From: Marsupella aquatica
Lineage: Eukaryota; Plantae; Marchantiophyta
Direction: 5' to 3'
Assembly: GCA_973895155.1 (NCBI GenBank)
Contig: OZ316891.1
Location: forward strand, 8,185,875 to 8,249,874
Length of the DNA stretch: 64,000 nucleotides
Part shown: positions 49,648 to 62,100 of the stretch, piece after piece
How the letters are laid out: every line of letters starts with the position of its first letter
Numbering within the stretch: position 1 is the stretch's first letter
Made by a program: the position numbers and the translations under genes
Notes under the pieces: model-generated
Told to the model about the DNA's origin: nothing
The model's input: only the letters and a program-made list of their open reading frames with translations
Databases searched by the model: none

Positions 49648-52600
49648 TGTTAGGATTTACTCTTAGGTCTAGAGTTACGACTGTACCGTAGTTAAGGCTA
49701 ACCTTAGTTGCAGACTTGGTTAGGTTAGTCATGCTGTGCACACTCTATAAGCAAGCAGTGTTTGCTTGGAGAGATGGAACTCAGGCTCATTCTTACGGAG
49801 CTAGTTGAGAGATAGAGAGAGTTTGTGCTGTGGATGCTTGGTATGGCCGGTCGGCCTAGAGTGCAGTAAAGTTCTTGTGTGTTCCCGTGGACGTAGTCTC
49901 ATGTGGAGGTGAACCACGTATCTCTCTGTGTCGAGTCTTGTGCGTTGGATGGTTCATGGGCTTGTCGTTGCGATTGTCGTCGATGCTCAACAATTGGTAT
50001 CAGAGCATGCCTGGGAGGTGACGAGGTCTTTTTTGTGACAATTTTCCAGCGTTCATTGTCGGTGTTACATTCGGAGTTTTGTCGCATGAAACTTGAATGT
50101 GTGTGGCTGAACGGATACATTAGTGAGAGGGCTTTCTAACGGTGGTTAGAACTTGGTGATCGGTATCCGTGGTGCGGAGGAATCGAAGTTTGCGTCGATC
50201 TGGAGTTTTTTCGTGTTCCACGGTATTTTCGGGGGAGAAACCAGAGATCGTTTTTTCAACGGTTTGAGTTGTGCGGTGCGGGAGGCGTCGCATGTTATAG
50301 CTCATGTTGGAGGTTAGAGCGAGCTATTCATTTTGGTAGTTGAGTTGTTGTCGAATGGTTACCGAGTGCGTCATGACGAGTGAAGGAGACGTTCAGATTT
50401 TTTCACAGGCTATGGAGCTTATTTTCATCTGAACCGGGTTACTCATCGTCACGTCCATCTTGGAGGAAGGAACGCAAAGTGCTATGGCTCAATGTTTTGA
50501 TCGCGTCAAGACGGTCATTTTGAGTCCGGGATTGGCACTTGACGCGAAGTGAGTGTGACATGACGGAAGATTTTTTCTCTGCTGAGCTCGCAGATTGTAC
50601 CTGTGCAATTCGGCAACATTTCCCCGTCGGCAATCATCATTTTTACTCATGGAATTGGCAGCCGCAAGCAACGTTGGATGTTGGCAAATTGTGTTTCCTG
50701 CGGCAACTTTGCGCACCGTAGAGAGGTGAGGTGCGGCGGCGACCTAGGGCACAAGGAAAACGACAAAGTTAGTGAACAGTAACTTTGTCTGGGAATTGCG
50801 GCGGGATTTTCGTAGCAATAGGGTTTCAGAGGGCGACTTAAAGGGAGCCTCGCTCCAAGGGCGACCCAGAGTGACCAGGGGGAGCCTCGTGGACTCCTAG
50901 CCTCGTGGGCTACGCGGCGGTGATTAGTTTTGAGTTTTTTGAGAAATTGTGAAAAACATCATTTTTTCGTGATTTTCTCATATGAGTGATTCAGAGGAAA
51001 TTTTTGAAGACGTGGAACTTGAAGCACGAGGATCACCGCGGCGGTTTGAGGTGGAGAGAGAGGAGCAGGAGGAAGAGCACGTGACACCGGTACCATCACC
51101 GTGCGACGAGTGGTGGAGGAAGCTGTTCTACTACCGGAGCTCACGGTAGTGCCAAAGAAGAAGATGGGTACATTCAAGCTTGGGGGACCCAAGTATGAAG
51201 TGACAAAGTATGATGGGCGCTCTGACTACTTGCTCTAGGAGAAGCAGGTGAAGGGAGTGCTCTATGCTTCAGGGATGGGCCAACTGCTAAGCCCTCGTGA
51301 AGACGATGTTGATGAGAAATAATGGGACTGCATGCAGAAGCAGGGAGTGTGGTGTGTTACACTCTATCTCATGCCTCCCATCATCAAGTAGTTGGGTGCA
51401 CATAAGGACTGCATGTCCTTATTTTCGGAATTGCAGAGCAAGTATCACCGCAAGGAGTTGTCGAACCGGCTCTATACTTCCTACAAACTGATGAGTTTCA
51501 GGATGAAGGAATCCGGTACGAAGTTGCAGGACCATGTGGATGCTTTCAACGACATGGTCGTTGACTTGGAAAACCTTGGGGAGACTTTGAATGATGAGAC
51601 GAAGGCTCTGCAACTTCTCAGTTCATTGCCTCCATCTTACCAATCCCTATCACGGGTGTTGTTGCATCGTGATAGGGATACCATTTCATACAATGATGTG
51701 GTAAGTTCTCTGCTTAGTGATGATCTTCAGCAGAAGATGCACATCACGTCACAGCCTTCATCCTCTGGTGCTGCCCTCAATGTTAACCGTGGGAGGAATA
51801 TGCAGAGACCAACTGGGGACAATAGAACCCAGTTTAGATCTAAATCTAGATCTAAGTCCAAAGGCAAATCCCCTCAGAGAAGGCAGGTGACATGTTGGAA
51901 GTGCAACCAAGTTGGACACTTCAAGCGAGATTGTAAGGAAAAGGCAGCTGAATCTTCATCGGCAAATGTGGCTAGGGCTAATGGAGATGTTGATTTACTC
52001 AATGATGAGTATGTATTATGAAGCCAGGGGTATGCCCTTTGCACGTCATCTAGGAGAGCAGATGATGTGTGGATTCTTGATTGTGCTTGCTCTTTTTATA
52101 TTTGTTACATTCGAGAGTTTTTCAGTTCTTACTCTGTTTCAAACGGTTCAGTTCTGATGGGAAATGATCACTCCTGTCAAATTGAGGGTATTGGGTCTGT
52201 GAAGATTCAAATGTTTGATGGCACTGTGCGCACAGTGTCCGGAGTCAGGTATGTACCTGGCATACGTAAGAATCTGATTTCACTGGGTGTGTTGGATTCA
52301 AATGGTCATCAATGGAGCGTTATTGATGGTGAACTTCAAGTCAGGTCGGGAGAGACAGTGATCTTGAAGGGGAGCAGACAGAAGATTTGTATGTGTTGTA
52401 GGGCAATACTGTATGTGGAGAGGCCAATGTAACCAAGTCTCACGAGGAGATGACTCATCTGTGGCATTCACGGCTAGGCCACATGAGTGAGAAGGGTTTG
52501 GCTATCTTACTGAAGAATGGACTCATTTCTAATTTGCAATCTTGTAAATTAGAGTTCTATGAGCATTGCATTCTTGGAAAGCAACATCATCGTGCTTTCG

Positions 52601-55600
52601 ATGTTGGAACACATCGTTCCAAGGCGGTTCTTGAGTACATACATAGTGACGTGTGGGGTCCATCCCCGACTCCCTCACACTCTGGAAAGTTATACAATGT
52701 ATCATTTATTGATGATTACTCAAGATTTATGTGGATTTATTTCATGACGCATAAGTCTGATGTCTTATCCATTTTTAAGAAGTGGAAGGCCCAAATGGAG
52801 AATCAGACTGGAAACACGGTCAAGTGTTTGGATACAAGGGTGAAGAGTCTGAGGTCAGACAATGGCGGGGAGTACACTTCAGTGGAATTTAAAGAGTATT
52901 GTTCAGAACAGGGATAACTCGCCATCTCACCATAGTTTATATTCCGCAGCAGAATGGTGTCGCTGAGAGGCTCAATCAGACACTATTGCTATTGGAGCGG
53001 TCACGGAGTATGTTGAGCCAATCAAGTTTACCACAAGAATTTTGGGCAGAAGCTGTCAATACTGCAACTTATTTGGTAAATCTTTCTCCTTCTAGTGCTA
53101 TCAATTTTAAAACGCCATTTGAGATGCGCTATAAGCGGCAAGCAGACTATCATGGCTTGGTAGTTTTTGGAAGTGATGCATATGCTCTCACACCGAAGCA
53201 GAATAGGACCAAGTTGGATCCTACATCCAAGAAATGTGTTTTTCTTGGGTACCAGAGTGGTGTGAAAGCCTATAGGCTATGGGATCCTATTGCCTGTAAG
53301 CTCGTTGTCAGTAGGGATATTTCCTTCAATGAATCCAGATTATTGAGGAGGGGGAGAATACTCAGGTCTCCCGTACTGACAAAGGAAAATCTCCTATCCT
53401 GGATCTCATTGAGGGGGAGATTGGTCATGAGGTGCATGATCGGAGAGAAGGAGTTGCTCCAATTATGGAGCTGGTTCCTGTGCCAGAGGAACCAGAGGAG
53501 TTTGTTGATGCTGGTGAGCAGCAAGTGGATGCTGCTGAGCTTCAAATTGTACCAGCTAACGCAGATCAACCAGAGTCATCAGCTAGAAGAACATTTGGTC
53601 GCACTGTACGCGCTCCACCAAGGTATGGAGAGTGGGTTGATTCATCTTAGTTGCAAGAGGAGGATTTTGTTACTGATGATGAGGGTGATGCGTTGATACT
53701 AGAAGAAGGAGAACCTTCTTCATTTCATGAGGCAAGTGCTTCTAAGGAGAAGCAGGAGTAGATTGCAGCAATACAAACGGAGATGTAATCACTAAAGGAC
53801 AACAAAAGTTGGGAGCTTGTCAAGCTGCCTGAGGGACAGCAAGTGCGGGAGCAAGTGGTGGACAGCAAGTGGATATACAAGCTAAAGGATCAGTCCACAG
53901 GAGGTGGATCGAAGGTCTACAAGGCTAGGTTGGTAGCCAAGGGATTCACACATGAAAAAGGTGTGGATTACAATGAGGTCTTCTCACCAGTTGCTAAGTA
54001 CTCAACAATACGGCTATTGTGTGTGCTTGTTGTAATGTTTGGTCTGCTGCTAGATCAGATGGATGTTGTCACAGTCTTCCTCTATGGCACCTTGGAAGAG
54101 GTGATCTTCATGAGACAGCCGCTAGGTTTTGTGAAGAAAGGGCAAGAGGATTTGGTTTGCAGATTGCTGAGATCCTTGTACGGGTTGAAGCAGTCACCAA
54201 GACAGTGGAATAAGCGGTTTGATGATTGGATTCGTGCGCAAGGCTTTCATAGGAGTGTGTTTGACCCTTGTGTGTATCTTAAACCGGTGAAGAATGTTGT
54301 CTTCGGGTTCATTGTTTTAGTACTTTATGTGGATGACATGCTTATTGCGGCCAAGGATAGGTCTGAGATTGTTAAGCTCAAGGCACTGCTTAGTGCAGAG
54401 TTTAAGATGAAGGACTTAGGGCTAGCTAAGAGGATTTTGGGTATGGAGATCACTAGGGACTTGGAGGCTGGTAAGCTATGGTTGACGCAGAGCAGTTATG
54501 CGAGGAAGGTAATTGCAAGGTTCAACATGGGGGATAGTAAGCCAGTGAGTACCCCATTGGCTCCACACTTCAAGTTGTCATCAGCTTTTTGTCCTACGGA
54601 TGAGACAGAGAAGGGGCTGATGTCAAAGGTTCCTTATGACAAGGCAATGGGGAGTCTCATGTATTTGATGACTTGCACTAGACCTGATCTTGCCATGGCT
54701 ATGGGCAAGGTGAGCAAGTACATGTCGAATCCAGGGAAGGTACACTGGGAAGCAGTGAAGTGGATTATTCGGTACTTGAAGGGTACCGTGGATCATGGTC
54801 TATTGTTTGATGCACATGCTGATAATGCTAGATATTTGATGGACTATGTAGATACTGACTATGCATAGGATCTGGATCGGAGGAGGTCAACAACAGGTTA
54901 TGTGTTCACATTAGGAGGTGGATGCATAAGTTGGAGGTCTACTCTACAGAAGTGTATTGCTCAGTCTACTACAGAAGCGGAGTATGTTGCAGTAGCGAAA
55001 GCAGCAAAGGAAGCGATTTGGTTGGATAGACTTATCACTGAGATGGGATTGCCACAGGGGAATGTGAAGCTCCATTGTGATAGTCAGAGTGCGCTCCATC
55101 TTGCTGTGAACCAGGTAATGGACAGCAGAGTTAAGCACATCGACGTCAGGTACCATTTTATCAGGGAGGCTGTGTCTGATAATCAGTTTGAGCTAGTCAA
55201 GATTGACGGTAAACTCAACCCGACTGACGCTTTTACCAAAAGTGATTCCTTTGGAGAGTTTTTCTAGACATCGTGATGCGTTGCAGGTTTTGCAATTGCC
55301 TCACAAGTAGGGTTACTTAACATTTGTGTAGATACTGAGATATGCTCTTGCTCATTCCTTGTATAGGCTACGGCTTAGTCTGGTCTACTCTCGTATAAAG
55401 AGGGAAAAACCAGTTTGGTTTTTCTTTCCAGAACTTCCCGCTGAGCAATCATATAGGTTGCAGTCTTTACCCTCCCTAGACCAGAGTCAAGGGGGAGATT
55501 GTTAGGATTTACTCTTAGGTCTAGAGTTACGACTGTACCGTAGTTAAGGCTAACCTTAGTTGCAGACTTGGTTAGGTTAGTCATGTTGTGCACACTCTAT

Positions 55601-55844
55601 AAGCAAGTAGTGTTTGCTTGGAGAGATGGAACTCAGGCTCATTCTTACAGAGCTAGTTGAGAGATAGAGAGAGCTTGTGCTGTGGGTGCTTGGTATGGCC
55701 GGTCGGCCTAGAGTGCAGTAAAGCTCTTGTGTGTTCCCGTGGACGTAGCCTCATGTGGAGGTGAACCACGTATCTCTCTGTGTCGACTCTTGTGCGTTGG
55801 ATGGTTCATGGGCTTGCCGTTGCGATTGTCGTCGATGCTCAACA
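49648..55844 (+). mobile_element. Full-length Ty1/copia LTR retrotransposon (copia-2)
   Basis: 345-bp LTRs at 49648-49992 and 55500-55844 (about 9 differences by eye); TSD AGGGG; PBS TGGTATCAGAGC at 49995-50006; PPT AGGGGGAGAT before the 3' LTR. Confidence 0.95.
51164..55310 (+). pseudogene. Copia-2 gag-pol with several stops and frameshifts
   Basis: Motifs CWKCNQVGHFKRDC, WILDCACS, LWHSRLGH, HSDVWGP, LRSDNGGEY, LYVDDM and KHIDVRYHF. Confidence 0.92.
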
Positions 55845-56711
55845 AGGGGGTCTATCAAGTAACAAGTTTCATTTTGGGGGTCGATCAAGCAAATACCTCG
55901 AAAGAATTACATATAATACTTACTAGCACTTATCCAACTGAAAATGTTGTATAGGAAAGTTTAGCATACAAGGACTTTAGTGTGTCTTCTGATAGCAGAG
56001 TCATGAGGTTTGCACAAGAGAATGTGTAGCACATAGAGCTTTTAAACTGACATGGTGCAACAGTGAACCAAGGGCGCAGCGCGTGGCAGCACTGTTCTCT
56101 AAAGCATTGTCATCATGGCTGGAAAGAAACTGACAATGTTGAGCCATAAGCAAAAGCTAGAGATTTGTAGGCACAAGCACATGAATGCACGGTTGACTAA
56201 CAAGGATTTGGTTGAGTGGGTGCAAGGCCACATTTGCCAAGTTAAGATCTCATATATATATGCACAGATTTGCCCTTCGATCCTGGTAAGTCACAAGCTA
56301 GGAATGCTTCCAACAGTTCCAGATTGTTTGCTGAGTGACACCATATATCAGCCCATGCTCTTACAACAAGCCTTGCAGCCCTCATAGACATCCATTGTGA
56401 AGGTCACCGAATTGTCAAAGTTTTGCAGCTGCTTCTTGATAAATAGCTTTTGGCACCAACATTTGATGCTCTGAATAATTACAGCATCTATTGGCTGAAA
56501 TTTGCTGGTTTTGTTTGCTGGCAGGAAAAAAAACCTTCTCGGCCTTCAATTGCCTTGCAGCAGGGCCCAACAGGTGGCCATAGGCATTGTCAACGAGAAG
56601 TGCAACATTTGTGCAACCCAAAGCTTTCACAGGATGTTCAAATTGCAGCACCCATTCCTGGAAAATCTTCCCTGTCATCCAGCCTTTCTTGTTAGAGAAC
56701 CATTGGATTCC

Positions 56712-57008
56712 CTCGGGGGTCTCACTATATGGGGACCTCCCCATCGCCTGCGACGTTTTTAGGCCTCGGACCCCCTAAAATGTAAGAAAAAAAATTTATT
56801 TTTTAACCCATATAAAGTTGGAATATTCTTGGAATATTCTAAAATTTGGATTAAAAAGACCCTTATATTCTTATAAGTCTCAAAATTGAATTTAAAAGAC
56901 CCTATTGTTCTTCTACAAAAATTCTTAAGTCTTTCCTTAGAACCAATAAAATGACCCTATCCTTCGTCGCACGTGATATGCCATTTTTGTGGAAGTGAGA
57001 CCCCCGAG
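56712..57008. mobile_element. 297-bp MITE with 15-bp perfect TIRs and 8-bp TSD (hAT-like TSD length)
   Basis: CTCGGGGGTCTCACT...AGTGAGACCCCCGAG; TGGATTCC at 56704-56711 and 57009-57016; inserted in the pogo DDE coding remnant. Confidence 0.88.
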
Positions 57009-59190
57009 TGGATTCCTAGGTTGTCTACTTAGGCACTTGGTCTTGCGTTGTGTGAAGCAGTGAGGGTTCAATCTTAAATTTGTTGATTATCAGTGGTGGG
57101 AGCTTCATACTCCTGTCATGTTTGAATTCCATGCAACAATGATTTTATCCTTGCATTTCTTCTGCCCCTTCACAACTTTGTCCCACAAGGTCTCGTTCGG
57201 CTGTAGCTTATAAAATAGGCCGGTTTCATCCTTGTTGAACACATATCTCACTTTGAAAGTGGATATGGTTACCTTCAGGGCAAGAAATTTCTCCTACATT
57301 GCAGCTGTGACAACACAAGAATCCTCCTCGCCATGTAGAATTCAAATGGGATTGTTGTGTCTTCTCTTGAAGCGTGTCAACCATTTAGTAGAGAATTTGC
57401 ATTCTTTCAGCTCATAATTGCTTACTTATAGGACTGTACATCTGACCTCTACATGAAGGTCGGCTGACTCCAAGTGAACTAATACTCTGGAAGAATATTA
57501 GTTCACTTCTTTTAGCTTTGTAACATAAGATTTTACTTACAAGTGAAAGGAACAAGGGCCCTCCTCTTTGGTCTTCTTGGGGTGTCTTCTTGGGCCTCTG
57601 TGGTCTTCTTTGGGTATTTTCTCTTCAGTTGGGTCATTTTGTCTTTAGAGTCTTTCCCTCTTCCCTCCTGCCTTTTGACTGGGATCCTGTCTCCAGGCTT
57701 GGCTCTTTCTTTCTTTGGTACCAAAGGTATTACTTACAAGTGAAAGGAAGAAGGGCCTATTTGGTCTTCTTAGGGTTATTCCCCATTTCCTTCTCCATGT
57801 ATTGGGTTTTTGTCTTTGGGTCTTTCCCCTCTTCCTCCTTTCCTTTTTTTTTGTCTTTGGGATCCTCACAACAGGTTTGGCCCTTTTGTCCATTGACACT
57901 GTGTTATATATCAAGAAGGATTGTACACTACCAGCTAAATATGAAAACCTACTATATATCTAGGACAGGAAGGTTCTCTGAAAGTTCCTCTTACTAGGCA
58001 TGACTTAGTACGGTTGTAATCCTGTGCTGTCAACCACACCATGATCATTAAGTGTGATTGTAAATGACCATTGATCCTCAACTACTATAATATGCAATGC
58101 CACCAAAAACTTTGTCCTCTACAAAATTGGAAATGGAGGGAACAAACCTCAGTGGTCAGATTTTGTAAAGATTTATGTTGACTCTTGGATTGATTGACCA
58201 GAAGTACAAGTCTAAAAATATACTTATTTTTATATAGAATACATAGTATGTTGTAACTCTTATGTGACATCTGGGAGAATGTGTCTTTTTCTGCAAGTAC
58301 CAATATATGCATGTTGGGATAAGGTTCTTTGGGGGCATGAGAAACTTTTGGGGTTTTTGCATAGAGTATGAGAATTTAGAAGAAGAAAAAAGGGTTGATT
58401 TTTCTTTTTACTCCCTTTTTCCTCTTTATTAAATTGTGCGAAAGGGAAGAAAACTGGGAAGGAACGGAGTGGCCAGGAGTGAAGAAATGGGAAACAAGTG
58501 GAGAGAAACAATGTTTCCCTCAATAACATTGTGTGACCACATCTTGACCCCACAAAGCCCTGGGAGACCATAACCTCTCTTGCGCTCCCTCACACCCTCC
58601 CACTTCCTCACTCTCCTCAACAATATCGGGCTCTCACAACCACATCTTTTTCCAAAATATTAAAATAGAAATGCTAAAGTGAAGGCAACCGTTGTTTACA
58701 TTTTTTGTTTCTTTTTATTTTTTTACCCTTTTGTAGAAAAACAGTCCCAACATTTTTGCCTCGCTTTAACATTTTTGTGTATAATTATGCACATCGCTAC
58801 ACAATGTACATCGCATGTAACACATATACAAATATAAGCACAATCCAATAACACAAACACAAGAGAATGAAATACAAATGGAACTCATGTCCACGCATGT
58901 CCAAAACACACAATAATCTCAACACAATTGAACCATGATTGACATCAATCAAACATCCAATCCCTTCCGAATGATCATATACAGATATCAAGCCAAATGT
59001 ACCTCGCACTCCGAGGAATCCACGTTACGTATACACAAAACTGGTCGGCCGCACCATAGCTGCCAGAGCTCATGCTCAAAGGCTCAACATCAAAAAAGTG
59101 AGGCTTTCGAGCCACAACAAAGGGATTACTATTCCTCACAAACATGAACTAAACCCTATTGGCTCATATAGCACACATACAAAACATATA

Positions 59191-62100
59191 TGTTGAGCAT
59201 AGACGACATTCGTAACAGCAAGCCCATGAACCATCCAACGCACAATAGTCGACACAGAGAGATACGTGGTTCACCTCCACATGAGGCTACGTCCACGGGA
59301 ACACACAAGAGCTTTATTGCACACTAGGCCGACCGGCCATACCAAGCATCCACAGCACAAGCTCTCCCTATCTCTCAACTAGCTCCGTAACAATGAGCCT
59401 ATGTTCCACCAGGGTCTGGCATCAGACCTGGCTATATACACAACAACACTACCGCTAACATTAGCTTAGTCCTAACCTAAGTTAGACTAACTGTGGTTAG
59501 CTCATGAGTCACAAGACTAGAGCAATATCTAACAAACTCCCCCTTGACTCTTGTCTTGGGGACTAAACTAAATGCTACCATATGGAATCCTCAGCGGGAA
59601 GTTCTAGACAATCACCAAACCAGGTCTCCCCCTAAAGACCACAAGGGTTAACTAAGGGTTAACTAGAACTAAGCCGTAGCCTAACAGGAATGAGTAATCC
59701 ATATACAAATAGTCACACATTGTTAAATAACTCTACTTGCACTACAACTGCAAAACCTGCAAAGTAGCACGGTGTCTTGAGAAACTCTCCAAAGGAATCA
59801 CTTTGGTAAAGGCATCAGTGGGATTGAGCTTTCCATCAATCTTGACTAGCTCAAAAGTTTTATCAAACACTGCTTGTCTGATAAAATGGTACCAGATATC
59901 AATGTGCTTCACCCTGCTATCCATCACCTGGTTAGCAGCCAAGTGAAGAGCACTCTGACTATCACAGTTTAGAGACATTTTGCCATGCTTTAAACCCATC
60001 TCCGCGATCAACTTGTCCAACCAAATTGCTTCCTTTGCTGCTTCTGCTGCTGCAACATACTCTGCTTCTGTAGTAGACTGAGATATGCACTTTTGCAAGG
60101 TAGATTTCCAACTAATACATCCTCCTCCAAGAGTGTATACAAACCCAGTTGTAGACCTCCTTGTATCCAGACAGCCTCCATAGTCAGAATTTACATAGCC
60201 AACTAACGTTCTACCTGATTTGTTATCAAATAGTAATCCATAGTCCTGTGTTCTCCTCACATACCTGAGAATCCATTTCACAGTTTCCCAATGTACCTTC
60301 CCTGGATTTGACATGAATCTGCTGACCTTGCCCATCGCTAGGGCCAAGTCAGGCCTAGTACAAGTCATCAAATACATCAGACTGTCTACTGCCTTTTCAT
60401 AAGGAATCTTAGCCATTAGACCTTTCTCCACAGCATCCGTAGGAGAGAAAGCCGATGATAACTTGAAATGTGAAGCTAAAGAAATACTCACTGGCTTACG
60501 GTTTTCCATGTTGAATCGTGCAAGTACTTTCCTCACATACTGGCCTTGACTCAAGCACAATTGTCCAGTCTCAGAGTTCCTAAAAATCTCCATCCCTAAG
60601 ATCCTCTTGGCCTTACCAAGATCCTTCATCCTGAATTCAACACTCAATTTTGCCTTGAAACTGTCAACCTCAGATTGATCTTTAGCCACAATCAGCATGT
60701 CATCCACATAGATAACGAGAATGATGAAACCAAACACATCATTCTTGACTGATTTTGTATACACACAAGGATCATACACCATCCTTGTAAAACCTTGAGC
60801 AAACATGAAATCATCAAACCGCTTGTTCCACTCTCTGGGAGACTACTTCAATCCATACAAGGACTTGAGCAATCTGCAAACTAAGTTCTCTTGGCCCTTC
60901 TTCATAAAGCCTAGTGGCTGTCTCATGAAGATCATCTCTTCCAAATTGCCATAGAGAAAAGCAGTAACAACATCCATCTGATCCATCACCAGATTAAAAA
61001 ACACAACAAGCTGACACAAGATCCGTATTGTGGAATACTTAGCCACCGGTGAAAAGACCTCATTGTAATCCACTCATTTCTCCTGAGTGAACCCCTTGGC
61101 AACAAGCCTTGCCTTGTAGATCTTATCTCCACCTCTGAAGGACTATCCTTCAACTTGTAAATCCACTTGCTATCCACCACTTGCTGACCTCTTGGAAGCT
61201 CCACCAGCTCCCATGTCTTGTTGTCACTCAAAGATTGCAACTCCCTCTGCATTGTTGCATTCCACTCATGCTTCTGCTCTGAAGCACAAGCCTCACTGTA
61301 TGAAGAAGGCTCTCCTTCTTCCAAGATCAAAGCCATGTCATCATCATCAGGTGCAATGTCAATATCATCTAGCTTAGATGAGTCTGCCCATTGACCATAC
61401 CTGGTAGGAGCTCTAGTAGAACGACTAGAAGTTCTTCTAGTAGATGACTCAGGCTGATCTGCTGCTACTGCTGGCTGAATTTGAGGTACCCCAGCAACAA
61501 TCTGCTCCTCTTGTTCCATCACAGGAACTAGCTCCAAGCCTGGAGCTTCTCCATCTCTCTTGTCATGAACAGCATCATGACTAATCTCCCCCTCAACCCG
61601 GTCCGGGATGGGAGATTTCCCCTTGTCAGTATGGGAGTCCTGAGAACTCTCCCCCTCCTTTGATGATATGGATTCATTAAAGGACACATCTCTACTGATA
61701 ATTAGTTTACAAGTTACTGGATCCCATAACCTATAACGTTTCACACCTTTCTGATAGCCAAGGAAAATGCACTTCTTCGACTTGGACTCCAGCTTGGATC
61801 GAAGCTGGGAAGGTGTAAGCACATAAGCATCACATCCAAAAATCCTCAGATGTGAGTAATTTGCTGGACGCCCGTACCTCATTTCAAATGGCATCTTGAA
61901 TCCAATAGAACTGGATGGAGAAAAATTTACCAAATAAGCTGCAGTGTTGACAGCTTCAGCCCAAAACTCATGTGGTAAGCATGATTGACTCAACATACTC
62001 CTCGAGCGGTCCAATAGTGTTTGGTTGAGTCTCTCAGAAACACCATTTTGCTGAGGAGTATAACTTGTTGTGAGATAACGGGTAATCCCCTGCTCCTTAC

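Larger units (their letters stand above)
49236..57420. mobile_element. pogo/Tigger-like (CENP-B HTH plus DDE_1) transposon remnant, interrupted by copia-2 and a MITE and internally rearranged
   Basis: TA|CAGTGAACCGCGGATAAGTGCA putative end at 49236; LSHKQKLEIC...KDLVEW HTH on the plus strand at 56115; NKKGWMT..IFQEW...LLVDNA.GH and NKDETGLFYK/WLTRFKRRH on the minus strand at 56415-57420. Confidence 0.55.
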
